In this document: one piece after another, positions 18,215-27,522 of the stretch
Layout: every line of letters starts with the position of its first letter
Position numbering within the stretch: the stretch's first letter is position 1
Assembly (NCBI GenBank): GCA_964597675.1
Contig: CAZQYV010000004.1
Coordinates: 5,590 to 69,589 of the forward strand
Reading direction: 5' to 3'
DNA from: an uncultured Candidatus Saccharibacteria bacterium
GTDB taxonomy: Bacteria; Patescibacteriota; Minisyncoccia; Phycocordibacterales; DATDWN01
Length of the DNA stretch: 64,000 nucleotides
Notes under the pieces: generated by a model
Databases searched by the model: none
What the model saw: only the letters and a program-made list of their open reading frames with translations
What the model was told of the DNA's origin: nothing
Translations under genes and position numbers: made by a program

Positions 18215-21118
18215 ATGAAGGAATATAACCATCTAAAAATAGAAAAAAAATGGCAATCGGTATGGGAGAAGAAAAAGATATTTCAGGCAAAGGATTCTGG
18301 CAAGAAAAAATTTTATGGTTTAATCGAGTTTCCATACCCCTCTGGTGATGGGCTCCATGTCGGACATGTACGAAGTAATACAGCGATGGATATTATTGCC
18401 CGTAAGCGCCGTATGGAGGGCTACAACGTGTTGTATCCCATCGGCTGGGATGCATTCGGCCTACCGACAGAAAACTATGCAATCAAGACAGGTATTGCTC
18501 CAGACAAGGTTACCAAGAAAAATACAGACACATTTAGACGGCAATTAAAGTCTTTGGGTTTTTCGTTTGATTGGTCTCGGGAAATAAACACAACTGATCC
18601 AAAATACTACAAATGGACACAGTGGTTGTTTTTGCAATTTTTGAAACATGATTTGGCATACAAGGCAAAAATAAATATCAATTGGTGTCCAAAAGATAAA
18701 ATCGGTTTGGCAAATGAAGAGGTGGTCAATGGGTGTTGCGAGAGATGTGGTACGCCAGTGGAAAAGAGAGAAAAGGAACAGTGGATGCTTCGTATTACAA
18801 AATACGCAGATCGACTTGATAAAGATCTCGACACAGTTGATTATCTTGAAAAGATCAAAGTGCAACAGAGAAATTGGATTGGGCGATCCGAGGGAGCAGA
18901 AATTGAATTCAAAATTAAAAAATCAAAAGTTAAAGATGGGGAATCCGATGAGATGATTGGAAAGGTTACAGTATTTACAACCCGCCCAGATACAATATAT
19001 GGAGCGACATATTTGGTTTTGGCACCAGAAGTTGCAGAGGGATTTATGATTCAGGATTCAGGATTTAGGAGTGGGGTCAGGAATGCAGATGAGTTGAAAA
19101 AATATATTCGTGATGCACGAGCAAAAAGTGATATAGAACGTGGAGATGGTAGTAAAGAAAAAACTGGTGTGGAAATAAAAGGGATTACTGCTATCAATCC
19201 AGTAAATAATGAAGAGATTCCTGTCTTTATTGCTGACTACGTCCTTGCGACATATGGTACGGGTGCAGTTATGGCTGTCCCTGCCCACGACGAACGTGAT
19301 TTTGCTTTTGCTAAGAAATATAATCTGCCAATACGACAGGTTATTGCACAATATATAGTTGATAAGAAATTTCCTCCAGTTAAAGAACAAAAAAATGTTG
19401 CCCGAAGTACAGTTCATGCAATTGTAAGAAATCCAAAAACAAATATGTATTTATGTTTGGAATGGAAGCATTTTCCATGGACCACATTTATTGTTGGTGG
19501 TGTAGAGGATGGTGAAAGTGCTATTGAGGCAGCACAGCGAGAGGTGTATGAAGAGACTGGTTATAAAAATATAAAAGTAACATACGACTTTTCAGATATT
19601 GTCTGTACGACATATAATGCCGCACATAAGAAAGAGAATCGTATTGCATACACCACATGTGTGTTTTTTGATCTAGTAAATGAGGAAAAAGATGAAATTG
19701 ATGTTGCTGAGAGTGATAAGCATGCACCCATCTGGCTTGAGCGTAAGGACATTACTGAAGCACGAATGACATGTGCTGAATTGCCGGTCTGGTTACATTA
19801 TATTGATACTAAAAACACACCTGTATACACAGGTTCTGGTGTCTTAATAAATTCGGGGGAACTTACTGGTGTATCGTCTGAAAAAGCCACCAATGAAATT
19901 ATAAAGCATGTTGGTGGCAAAGTCGTCACTAAATTCAAACTTCGAGATTGGGTATTTTCACGCCAGCGATACTGGGGTGATCCAATACCTGTGGTGCATT
20001 GTGAAAAATGTGGAATCGTACCACTACCTGAAAAGGATCTACCACTGAAACTTCCAAAAGTAAAAAAATATCAACCAACTGATACGGGTGAGTCGCCACT
20101 TGCTGGTATCGTATCGTGGGTTAATACAAAATGTCCAAAATGCAAAGGTAAGGCAAAACGTGAGACAGATACTATGCCCCAATGGGCTGGGTCATCATGG
20201 TATTTTCTTCGATATGCTGATCCAAAAAACAGCAAGAAATTTGCCGACCCAAAGAAATTAAAGTATTTCACTCCTGTAGACTGGTACAATGGTGGTATGG
20301 AGCACACTACTCTCCACTTACTTTACTCACGTTTCTGGCATAAGTTTTTGTATGATTTAGAACTGGTGCCAACTTCTGAGCCGTATCTAAAACGGACATC
20401 ACATGGGATGATATTGGCTGGCGGGGGGGAAAAGATGTCAAAATCAAAAGGTAATGTAATCAACCCAGACACAATTGTTAAAACATATGGTGCAGATACC
20501 CTACGAATGTACGAAATGTTCATGGGGCCATTTGATCAACCGATTCCATGGGCCGAGGAAAATATTATCGGGGTTCGTCGTTTTATCGAGCGTCTTTTCC
20601 GCTTGGAAAGAAAACTAGGTACATCAAAAAAAATTTTTGACACTGCATCATATAAAAAATTAGAAAACACACTTCACAAAACAATTGAAAAAGTTGGAAC
20701 AGATATAGAAAGTATGTCATTTAATACTGCTATTTCATCCATGATGATTTTGGTTAATGAAATGGAGAAAGCAGAGATGATAAGAACAAAAGATTTTGAA
20801 TTGCTTATTCGTATTATTTCTCCGTTTGCACCACACGTTGCAGAGGAAATGTGGTCACTACTTGGGCATAAAACACTTCTCGCCCTAGAAAAATGGCCAG
20901 AGGCAGATAGGGCAAAAATGGTTGATTCGGAGATGACAATCGCTATTCAAATCAATGGCAAAATTCGGGCAGAATTGACTGTTTCGGCTGATGCTACGGA
21001 AGCAGAGATTGTGGATAAGTCAAAAGAGATCCCGGAGGTTTCCAAGTGGTTTGTGGGCAAAGAGGTCAAGAAGGTCATTTATGTGCCTAAAAGACTGGTA
21101 AATTTCGTTATTTTGTAA
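18215..21118 (+). CDS. leuS: Leucyl-tRNA synthetase with an inserted NUDIX hydrolase domain (aa ~378-540)
   Basis: Class I aaRS motifs are present (HVGH, KMSKSKGN). The CP1/editing region is present. A ~160-aa insert between ...YNLPIRQVI and SGVLINSGEL carries a perfect Nudix box, GGVEDGESAIEAAQREVYEETGY. The C-terminal anticodon-binding region is intact. Confidence 0.9.
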   Translation: MKEYNHLKIEKKWQSVWEKKKIFQAKDSGKKKFYGLIEFPYPSGDGLHVGHVRSNTAMDIIARKRRMEGYNVLYPIGWDAFGLPTENYAIKTGIAPDKVTKKNTDTFRRQLKSLGFSFDWSREINTTDPKYYKWTQWLFLQFLKHDLAYKAKININWCPKDKIGLANEEVVNGCCERCGTPVEKREKEQWMLRITKYADRLDKDLDTVDYLEKIKVQQRNWIGRSEGAEIEFKIKKSKVKDGESDEMIGKVTVFTTRPDTIYGATYLVLAPEVAEGFMIQDSGFRSGVRNADELKKYIRDARAKSDIERGDGSKEKTGVEIKGITAINPVNNEEIPVFIADYVLATYGTGAVMAVPAHDERDFAFAKKYNLPIRQVIAQYIVDKKFPPVKEQKNVARSTVHAIVRNPKTNMYLCLEWKHFPWTTFIVGGVEDGESAIEAAQREVYEETGYKNIKVTYDFSDIVCTTYNAAHKKENRIAYTTCVFFDLVNEEKDEIDVAESDKHAPIWLERKDITEARMTCAELPVWLHYIDTKNTPVYTGSGVLINSGELTGVSSEKATNEIIKHVGGKVVTKFKLRDWVFSRQRYWGDPIPVVHCEKCGIVPLPEKDLPLKLPKVKKYQPTDTGESPLAGIVSWVNTKCPKCKGKAKRETDTMPQWAGSSWYFLRYADPKNSKKFADPKKLKYFTPVDWYNGGMEHTTLHLLYSRFWHKFLYDLELVPTSEPYLKRTSHGMILAGGGEKMSKSKGNVINPDTIVKTYGADTLRMYEMFMGPFDQPIPWAEENIIGVRRFIERLFRLERKLGTSKKIFDTASYKKLENTLHKTIEKVGTDIESMSFNTAISSMMILVNEMEKAEMIRTKDFELLIRIISPFAPHVAEEMWSLLGHKTLLALEKWPEADRAKMVDSEMTIAIQINGKIRAELTVSADATEAEIVDKSKEIPEVSKWFVGKEVKKVIYVPKRLVNFVIL

Positions 21119-21217
21119 AGTCTTGACTAAAAGACTGAATAATGATACAAATAAATAAACATTCGTTGCTTCTACACCGCCTAGGCGGACTATTAGGGGG
21201 ACTATTCAATAAAAATT

Positions 21218-22255
21218 ATGAGTGAAAAAATAACAATCACATTTAAACCAAAGCAGGTTACAAAGCGTTTAATTTCTGTTTTGTCAGCTCGTGCACAAGA
21301 CGTCGTTACGGGTCGTTTTGGCCTTGGTGCTGATACAAAACGTATGACTCTCGAGGCAATTGGTAAGAAATACAAGATTACTCGGGAACGTGTACGTCAG
21401 ATCGAAAACTATTCAATTGCAAATGTCCGAAAGTCAAAGGAATATGCAAAAGAAAAAGCTGTCTTTGACGAAATTAAAGCGATTGTTACAACACTCGGTT
21501 CAATCATTTCAGAAGAGGAATTGCTAAACTATCTTGCAAAAGATCGCGCAACACAGAATCATATTCATTTCCTATTGGTAGTTGGTGAAGATTTTACAAA
21601 AGAAAAAGAGGATGTCGAATTTAAGCATCGATGGCATGTGGACAAGGAACTATCAAAGAAAATTCACGAGTCACTCCGCAAATTATATAGCACACTTTCT
21701 GATGATCAGATTCTCCTCGAGTCAGACATGATCGAAAAGTTTCTAGAGCACGTCAAAGATGTTTCTGATAAATACAAAAATGAGGAAATCGCAAAGCGAT
21801 GGCTTACACTTTCTAAACTGATAGACAAAAATCCACTCGGCGAATGGGGTAAATCTGATTCTCCAAACATCAACGCAAAAGGTATGCGAGATTACGCATT
21901 TCTAGTAATCCGACGTCATGGTTCACCAATTCATTTTCGGGAGGTTGCAAAATCAATTACTGAATTGTTCAAGAAAAAAGCCCATGTTGCTACGACCCAC
22001 AACGAGCTGATCAAGGATCCACGGTTTGTACTTGTCGGACGAGGGCTGTATGCACTAGCAGAGTGGGGATACATGTCTGGCGTTGTCAAAGATGTAATCC
22101 GAGGTGTTATCGAGAAAAATGGACCTTTGACAAAAGAGGATATCATCAAGAAGGTTTTGAAAGAAAGATACGTCAAAGAAAACACGATCATGGTCAATCT
22201 CCAGAATCCAAAATTCTTTAAAAAGCAAAAGGACGGAACATACGCAATCGCTTAG
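21218..22255 (+). CDS. Sigma-70 region-4-like HTH protein with a C-terminal winged-helix-like domain
   Basis: LSARAQDVVTGRFGLGADTKRMTLEAIGKKYKITRERVRQIENYSIANVRK is the region 4.2 (-35-binding) signature. Confidence 0.5.
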   Translation: MSEKITITFKPKQVTKRLISVLSARAQDVVTGRFGLGADTKRMTLEAIGKKYKITRERVRQIENYSIANVRKSKEYAKEKAVFDEIKAIVTTLGSIISEEELLNYLAKDRATQNHIHFLLVVGEDFTKEKEDVEFKHRWHVDKELSKKIHESLRKLYSTLSDDQILLESDMIEKFLEHVKDVSDKYKNEEIAKRWLTLSKLIDKNPLGEWGKSDSPNINAKGMRDYAFLVIRRHGSPIHFREVAKSITELFKKKAHVATTHNELIKDPRFVLVGRGLYALAEWGYMSGVVKDVIRGVIEKNGPLTKEDIIKKVLKERYVKENTIMVNLQNPKFFKKQKDGTYAIA

Positions 22256-22264
22256 TCACAGAAA

Positions 22265-22290
22265 GCCACCCAGACAAGGGTGGTTTTTTG
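22265..22290 (+). terminator. Intrinsic terminator
   Basis: GCCACCC-AGACAA-GGGTGG followed by TTTTTT. Confidence 0.65.
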
Positions 22291-22294
22291 TTTT

Positions 22295-23563
22295 ATGATT
22301 GGATATACTATACATATGTTTGAGTCAATCTTTGGTATATTCCAGCACCCAACATTTGTTCTTGTATTTCGTGTCTTGTACTACACTTCATTTGTGTGGT
22401 TACCGGTTATTTTATTGATTGGACTCCGCGACCTTTTTCTCAACTACAGACGAGCACAGTTTTTCTCAAAACAAAAAAATGTCCTGCTTGAAATACGACT
22501 ACCACGCGAGATATTTAAATCACCACAAGCTATGGAGTTTTTTATTGCGGGTCTTTACCAACCATTTGGTGATGCCAATTGGTATGAAAAATATTGGAAA
22601 GGCGCCACTATTCCAAGCTTCTCCTTGGAGATTGTATCGATTGAAGGAGAGATACATTTTTTTATTTGGACAAGGGAGGGGCATCGAAATAGAATCGAGG
22701 CAAACTTATACTCACAATATCCGGGCATAGAAATATATACCGTGCCCGATTATACTTTACCTGTCTCATACGACCCGACCATTCACGGTATGTGGACTTC
22801 GGAATTTAGTCTGACCAAATCTGATGCGTTTCCAATTAAAACATATATTGACTATAAACTCGACAAGGATCCGAAAGAGGAATATAAGATTGATCCACTG
22901 ACGCCTCTTATAGAATTTCTAGGTACTTTAGGTCGTGGCGAGCAGGCATGGCTACAGATTATTATACGTGCACACAGGAATGAGGATAAAGATCCAAAGA
23001 CAGGAGAAAAAATTGATTTAAAATGGAAAAAGGCGGCAGAGGAGGAAAAGGAGAAAATTTTGAAAAAATCAAAAGGTGAAAAAGGTCCTGACGATAAAAT
23101 AATTCCTGGAACTAGCCGATTTTTGACAGATGGGGAGACAGAAACAGTCAAGGCACTGGAACGAAGCATATCAAAGACCGGCTTTGATGTTGGTATGCGT
23201 GCAGTATATATTGCACCCAAAGATACATTTAATCCAGGGAATATTGGCGGCATAATCGGTGGTGTGACCCATTTCAATTCATCACTCAACGGCTTCAAGC
23301 CATCTGGCATGTCCACGCCAAAGTACAAATATTTCCCATGGAAAGATCGCAACCCAAAGGTGATTAATTGGGAGAAACAAGATATGCTGGATGCATACAA
23401 GCGTCGGGCGTATTTTTACCCACCATACAAACGCCCACATTTTGTACTCAATACTGAAGAGCTTGCGACGCTATTTCATTTCCCTGGAGGAGTTTCAACT
23501 ACACCTACATTTGCACGCATTGGTTCCAAGAAATCAGACGCACCAAGCAATTTGCCTATTTAA
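22295..23563 (+). CDS. Hypothetical membrane protein (423 aa)
   Basis: Two N-terminal TM helices and a large K/E-rich soluble domain. ATG start placed just after the terminator. No family recognised. Confidence 0.5.
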   Translation: MIGYTIHMFESIFGIFQHPTFVLVFRVLYYTSFVWLPVILLIGLRDLFLNYRRAQFFSKQKNVLLEIRLPREIFKSPQAMEFFIAGLYQPFGDANWYEKYWKGATIPSFSLEIVSIEGEIHFFIWTREGHRNRIEANLYSQYPGIEIYTVPDYTLPVSYDPTIHGMWTSEFSLTKSDAFPIKTYIDYKLDKDPKEEYKIDPLTPLIEFLGTLGRGEQAWLQIIIRAHRNEDKDPKTGEKIDLKWKKAAEEEKEKILKKSKGEKGPDDKIIPGTSRFLTDGETETVKALERSISKTGFDVGMRAVYIAPKDTFNPGNIGGIIGGVTHFNSSLNGFKPSGMSTPKYKYFPWKDRNPKVINWEKQDMLDAYKRRAYFYPPYKRPHFVLNTEELATLFHFPGGVSTTPTFARIGSKKSDAPSNLPI

Positions 23564-23571
23564 CACACAAC

Positions 23572-24570
23572 ATGGACGAAATGCCACAGACACAAACTGG
23601 TTGGAAAGACAGCGTATATTTATTTTTTTCTCGCACAAGAGTATCAGTTTGGGTAGCATTGTGTCTCGCTCTCGTGTTTATTGGCTTTGCATATTACGGT
23701 TGCTGTGTTATACCAGCCGGTTTTCCTGTGGGCAGTGCGGTTATACTAAAGCCGGGGGAATCATTGCAAACTGTCACTACTCAATTACATGACGCACAGG
23801 TTATACAATCACCATTCGTCTTTCGTTCTCTAGTCATCCTCTTTGGAGGCGAGAAAAAAGTGATTGCTGGGGATTATCTTTTGGATCATAGAGAGGGGAT
23901 GTTTTCGCTGGCCTATCGCTTTTCGCATGGACGTTTTGGTATTGATCTAGTGCGGCTAACTATTCCAGAAGGATGGAGTGTTAAAGATATTGCAACATAT
24001 ATCACGAAAACAATGCCACAATTTAATACTAGTGAATTTTTGACCCTTGCCACGCAAAAAGAGGGGTATTTATTTCCTGATACGTATTTTGTCACACCAT
24101 CAGTCCAGCCAGCAGCACTCATTACCATGATGGAAAATAATTTTGCTGCACAGATAAAAACAATACCAGACATCGCATCATCGCAAAAATCGTTGCATGA
24201 TATTCTCGTAATGGCATCAATTCTTGAGGGTGAAGCCCTACCAAAAGATCGTGCTACCGTTGCGGGTATTTTATGGAAAAGATTGTCGCTCAGTATTCCA
24301 CTCCAAGTTGATTCAACATTCAAATATATCAATGGCAAGGATACGTACACTTTGACTAAAAAAGATTTGGCGATTGATTCGCCGTACAATACGTATAAGT
24401 ATCGTGGTTTGCCACCGGGGCCGATTAATAACCCCGGTATTGATGCCATTAAAGCAGCATTACATCCTGTCACATCATCATATCTATATTTTCTAACAGA
24501 TAGGCAAGGAAATATATACTACGCCGAAACATTCGACCAACATAAACGAAACAAAGAGAGGTATCTGTAA
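23572..24570 (+). CDS. mltG: Endolytic murein transglycosylase MltG (YceG-like), copy 2
   Basis: N-terminal TM anchor. DSPYNTYKYRGLPPGPINNPGIDAIKAAL...YLYFLTDRQGNIYYAETFDQHKRN. Confidence 0.8.
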   Translation: MDEMPQTQTGWKDSVYLFFSRTRVSVWVALCLALVFIGFAYYGCCVIPAGFPVGSAVILKPGESLQTVTTQLHDAQVIQSPFVFRSLVILFGGEKKVIAGDYLLDHREGMFSLAYRFSHGRFGIDLVRLTIPEGWSVKDIATYITKTMPQFNTSEFLTLATQKEGYLFPDTYFVTPSVQPAALITMMENNFAAQIKTIPDIASSQKSLHDILVMASILEGEALPKDRATVAGILWKRLSLSIPLQVDSTFKYINGKDTYTLTKKDLAIDSPYNTYKYRGLPPGPINNPGIDAIKAALHPVTSSYLYFLTDRQGNIYYAETFDQHKRNKERYL

Positions 24571-24622
24571 ATATTGACTATTTATAATATTTAGTGTATA
24601 AAGTAAGCGGAGGTTTTAAACT

Positions 24623-25000
24623 ATGTGTGAGAGAATTGTTATCGATGAATTTTTTATCGATGAATGCTGGCAATCCAGTGTGATGAGCCCGATGCTATGT
24701 GGAGAGGTTTTTCGTTCCGCTCGTCGGTACAATATGCGAATTAAAAATGGAATGTCAAAATCGACAAGATTTTTCTTTTTGACTTTTCGCACAGGACAGA
24801 TGATCAGTAACAAAAAATCTGTTCAAGTTTTTGTCGACAAGACAGTCATCAATCATGGCATCATAGTGCTGGGTGTGGTAGTTGAGAAATTTCAATTATC
24901 AATTTTCCCTATCAATCGTATGGAAGGGGATGTTTTGACTGGTCTTGAGGTCAAGTATGATGAATCCATATGTCAATGGAAGTTGAGGAGTGAGGTATAG
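24623..25000 (+). CDS. Hypothetical protein (125 aa)
   Basis: GGAGG SD 8 nt upstream of the ATG. The stop is immediately followed by a strong terminator. Composition is only moderately protein-like. Confidence 0.35.
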   Translation: MCERIVIDEFFIDECWQSSVMSPMLCGEVFRSARRYNMRIKNGMSKSTRFFFLTFRTGQMISNKKSVQVFVDKTVINHGIIVLGVVVEKFQLSIFPINRMEGDVLTGLEVKYDESICQWKLRSEV

Positions 25001-25010
25001 AATTTTATGA

Positions 25011-25040
25011 CCCGCACGGAGACGTGCGGGTTGATTTTTT
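25011..25040 (+). terminator. Intrinsic terminator
   Basis: CCCGCACG-GAGA-CGTGCGGG followed by TTGATTTTTT. Confidence 0.7.
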
Positions 25041-25149
25041 ATAACGAAAACACCGAGCAGATTTGCTCGATGTGTGTGGGAGTGTGGAGTTTCACAAAAT
25101 ACAAAGCTCATTCACAGTCCATCAATTATAAAACCTGTGATATAAGTGT

Positions 25150-25385
25150 AATTTTGACAAAACCCACCACACTCCCGATTGCCCTGCCCGTGTAAACGGG
25201 GAGGAATGAGGACTCTTGGTTCTCATGGTTGTGTGGGGTTTACTCTGATCGCCAGAGAAGCCTCACAAAAGAGATGCGCCTGTTGGTACGACCCAGACAG
25301 GATTATGTACTAGCCTGGTTCAGCGCCAGAACTGGCGCCCTGCCGACCAGCCGAAAATGACATACTGCAATAAGTATAGCATACT
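25150..25385 (+). ncRNA. Candidate structured non-coding RNA (family not identified), G+C-rich island upstream of mnmA
   Basis: A ~200-nt stretch, markedly G+C-richer than its surroundings, has no credible ORF. It contains a GNRA hairpin (CCCGU-GUAA-ACGGG), a perfect 7-bp hairpin (GCGCCAG-AA-CUGGCGC), and nested helices CUCUG/CAGAG, CCUGU/ACAGG and CUGGU/ACCAG. Strand is uncertain; plus is favoured by the GUAA loop. Confidence 0.4.
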
Positions 25386-25464
25386 ACGTGATTTCTGTCA
25401 AGCAATTTAATATTTTCATATTGCATTTTGTTAATTTATGTTGTAAAATAAGGATATTATAGAT

Positions 25465-26589
25465 ATGGAACAAAAAAGGAAAAAAGTCTATGTCGGCGTT
25501 TCTGGAGGGGTAGATTCCTCTGTTGCTTTGGCGTTGCTCAAGGAGGAAGGATATGACGTTACTGGAGTATTTCTCAAAGTGTGGCATCCGGATTTTCTGT
25601 CGTGTGACTGGCGAGAGGAACGTAGAAGTGCAATGCGAGTCTGTGCCACACTAGGCGTGCCATTTATTACACTCGATTGCGAGGCCGAATACAAGAAAGA
25701 AGTTGCGGATTATATGATAAATGAGTATCGTGCAGGGCGGACGCCGAATCCGGATATTTTTTGCAACAAGTATGTTAAGTTTGGAGTTTTTCTAAACAAG
25801 GCGCGTGAGATGGGTGCGGATTATATTGCTACGGGGCATTATGCAAGAATAGATGAAGGAATAATGAATAATGAATTAGGAATAATAAATTATAAACTTC
25901 ATGAGTCGGTTGATCAGAATAAAGATCAGTCATATTTTTTATATACATTAAATCAGGAGCAACTTGCCCACACTTTATTTCCAATTGGAGGCATGACAAA
26001 ACCAGAGGTGCGTTTGCTCGCAAAAAAGTATGGACTATCTACTGCTACAAAAAAAGACAGTCAGGGTGTGTGTTTCCTAGGCAAACTAGATATGAAAGAA
26101 TTCTTGTCACATTATGTTGATTCAAAGCGTGGGGATGTGCTCGATACATCTGGAGAAGTGGTCGGTTATCATGATGGAGCGATTTTTTATACAATTGGAC
26201 AGCGTCATGGATTTACCATAACCAAAAAAGGGTCAGACGACCCACGATTTTTTGTCGTATCAAAGAATATTGATCATAATACGATTACTGTGGCTGATAA
26301 GAAATCAAAAAATGATGTAGTGTATTCCATAAAAGAGGTGGTTATAAAGGATCTCCATATTATCCAAGGGATGCCCTTGGATTCCAAGGGCATCCCTTGG
26401 AATAAAATTACCTGTACAGTTAGGATTCGATACAGACAAGAAAAGCAGAAGTGTGTAGTGAAGAAAAAAGATGATGGGTGGCATGTTATTTTCGATCTGC
26501 CACAAAATGGCGTTGCGGTCGGTCAATCTGCTGTGCTCTATCATGATACAGAATGTCTTGGTGGTGGAATTATTGAAAAAACTATATAA
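25465..26589 (+). CDS. mnmA: tRNA-specific 2-thiouridylase MnmA, with a short palindrome-encoded insert
   Basis: PP-loop SGGVDSS. The C-terminal ...RYRQ...GQSAVLYHDTECLGGGIIE matches MnmA. The segment QGMPLDSKGIPWNK is encoded by a 40-nt perfect double hairpin. Confidence 0.9.
   Translation: MEQKRKKVYVGVSGGVDSSVALALLKEEGYDVTGVFLKVWHPDFLSCDWREERRSAMRVCATLGVPFITLDCEAEYKKEVADYMINEYRAGRTPNPDIFCNKYVKFGVFLNKAREMGADYIATGHYARIDEGIMNNELGIINYKLHESVDQNKDQSYFLYTLNQEQLAHTLFPIGGMTKPEVRLLAKKYGLSTATKKDSQGVCFLGKLDMKEFLSHYVDSKRGDVLDTSGEVVGYHDGAIFYTIGQRHGFTITKKGSDDPRFFVVSKNIDHNTITVADKKSKNDVVYSIKEVVIKDLHIIQGMPLDSKGIPWNKITCTVRIRYRQEKQKCVVKKKDDGWHVIFDLPQNGVAVGQSAVLYHDTECLGGGIIEKTI
26363..26401. repeat. Two inverted copies of the 19-nt palindrome TCCAAGGG(ATG/CAT)CCCTTGGA inside the mnmA ORF
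   Basis: 26363-26381 is TCCAAGGGATGCCCTTGGA and 26383-26401 is TCCAAGGGCATCCCTTGGA. The second is identical to the leuS-upstream terminator stem-loop at 18156-18174. Confidence 0.8.
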
Positions 26590-26678
26590 TTTGCGACAAA
26601 TTTTATATATGCGATAATGGACAATGGTTGCATACATAGCGCAACAATTCATTTAGCAAAATTAATTCCATTAACAGG

Positions 26679-27515
26679 ATGAATACTGAACCAATATATA
26701 TTGTAAAGTCGGATGGTACACGAGAAATATTTGATATTAAAAAATTAGAGTTTTCACTCAAGCGTGCGGGTGCAAGTAGTGCGGTAACAGATGGTATTGT
26801 CAGTACAATTACTGATAGTCTAACCGACGGCATGACTACTCATGACATCTATACACGCGCATTTGAACTGCTACATACCGATGAGCATCCTGTGGCGCTT
26901 AAATACTCACTAAAACGGGCTATTATGGAGCTCGGCCCATCTGGTTTTCCATTTGAGGACTATGTTGCAGAGATTTTTAAGTATAAAGGATTTGAAACAC
27001 TGACTGGACAAGTGGTCAAAGGCAAGTTTGTCGAGCACGAGATTGATGTCGTGGCATGGAATGATGAGAAATTGATTATGGTTGAGGCAAAATTTCATAA
27101 TCAACTTGGTGTAAAGTCAGACCTAAAAATTGCATTGTATGTCAAAGAACGTTTCGATGATTTAAGCGAGCAAACATTTCATTATGGCAAGGATAGAAAA
27201 CTTGATGAGGGTTGGCTTGTGACAAATACAAAATTTACTACAACTGCTATTGAGTATGGGTCACACCAAGGCAAGAGATTGGTAATGATTGGCTGGAATT
27301 ATCCTGAACACGGAAGTCTTCACGACATGATTCTCGAGGCAAAACTCCATCCACTGACATGTCTTACAACGCTAGATGGTCGTCAGAAAAAAACACTGCT
27401 CGAGCAGGGTATTGTCTTGTGCAAGACACTTGTTGAACGACCTGAACTACTAGTTGGGCTCGGACTCCCATCCGAGACAATTGCCAAAGTGACAGAAGAA
27501 ATACAGGCGCTATAA
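26679..27515 (+). CDS. ATP-cone domain fused to a restriction-endonuclease-like (PD-(D/E)xK, Mrr-cat-like) domain
   Basis: N-terminal IYIVKSDGTREIFDIKKLEFSLKRAG is an ATP-cone. The central HEIDVVAWNDEKLIMVEAKF is a PD-(D/E)xK core. Confidence 0.55.
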   Translation: MNTEPIYIVKSDGTREIFDIKKLEFSLKRAGASSAVTDGIVSTITDSLTDGMTTHDIYTRAFELLHTDEHPVALKYSLKRAIMELGPSGFPFEDYVAEIFKYKGFETLTGQVVKGKFVEHEIDVVAWNDEKLIMVEAKFHNQLGVKSDLKIALYVKERFDDLSEQTFHYGKDRKLDEGWLVTNTKFTTTAIEYGSHQGKRLVMIGWNYPEHGSLHDMILEAKLHPLTCLTTLDGRQKKTLLEQGIVLCKTLVERPELLVGLGLPSETIAKVTEEIQAL

Positions 27516-27522
27516 TACAGGT

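Noticed and set aside
22852-24473. Minus-strand ORFs 22852-23400 and 23913-24473 opposite the membrane-protein and mltG genes.
   Set aside because: They are antisense shadows of well-supported plus-strand genes.
25150-25385. Tested the GC-rich element against RNase P RNA, tmRNA, SRP RNA and 6S RNA.
   Set aside because: None of the universally conserved motifs is present: no GGAAAGUCCGG / ACAGAACCCGGCUUA for RNase P, no tRNA-like end or tag ORF for tmRNA, no GGAA-loop domain IV for SRP. The structure is not a single long hairpin as 6S would be. It is kept only as an unclassified candidate.
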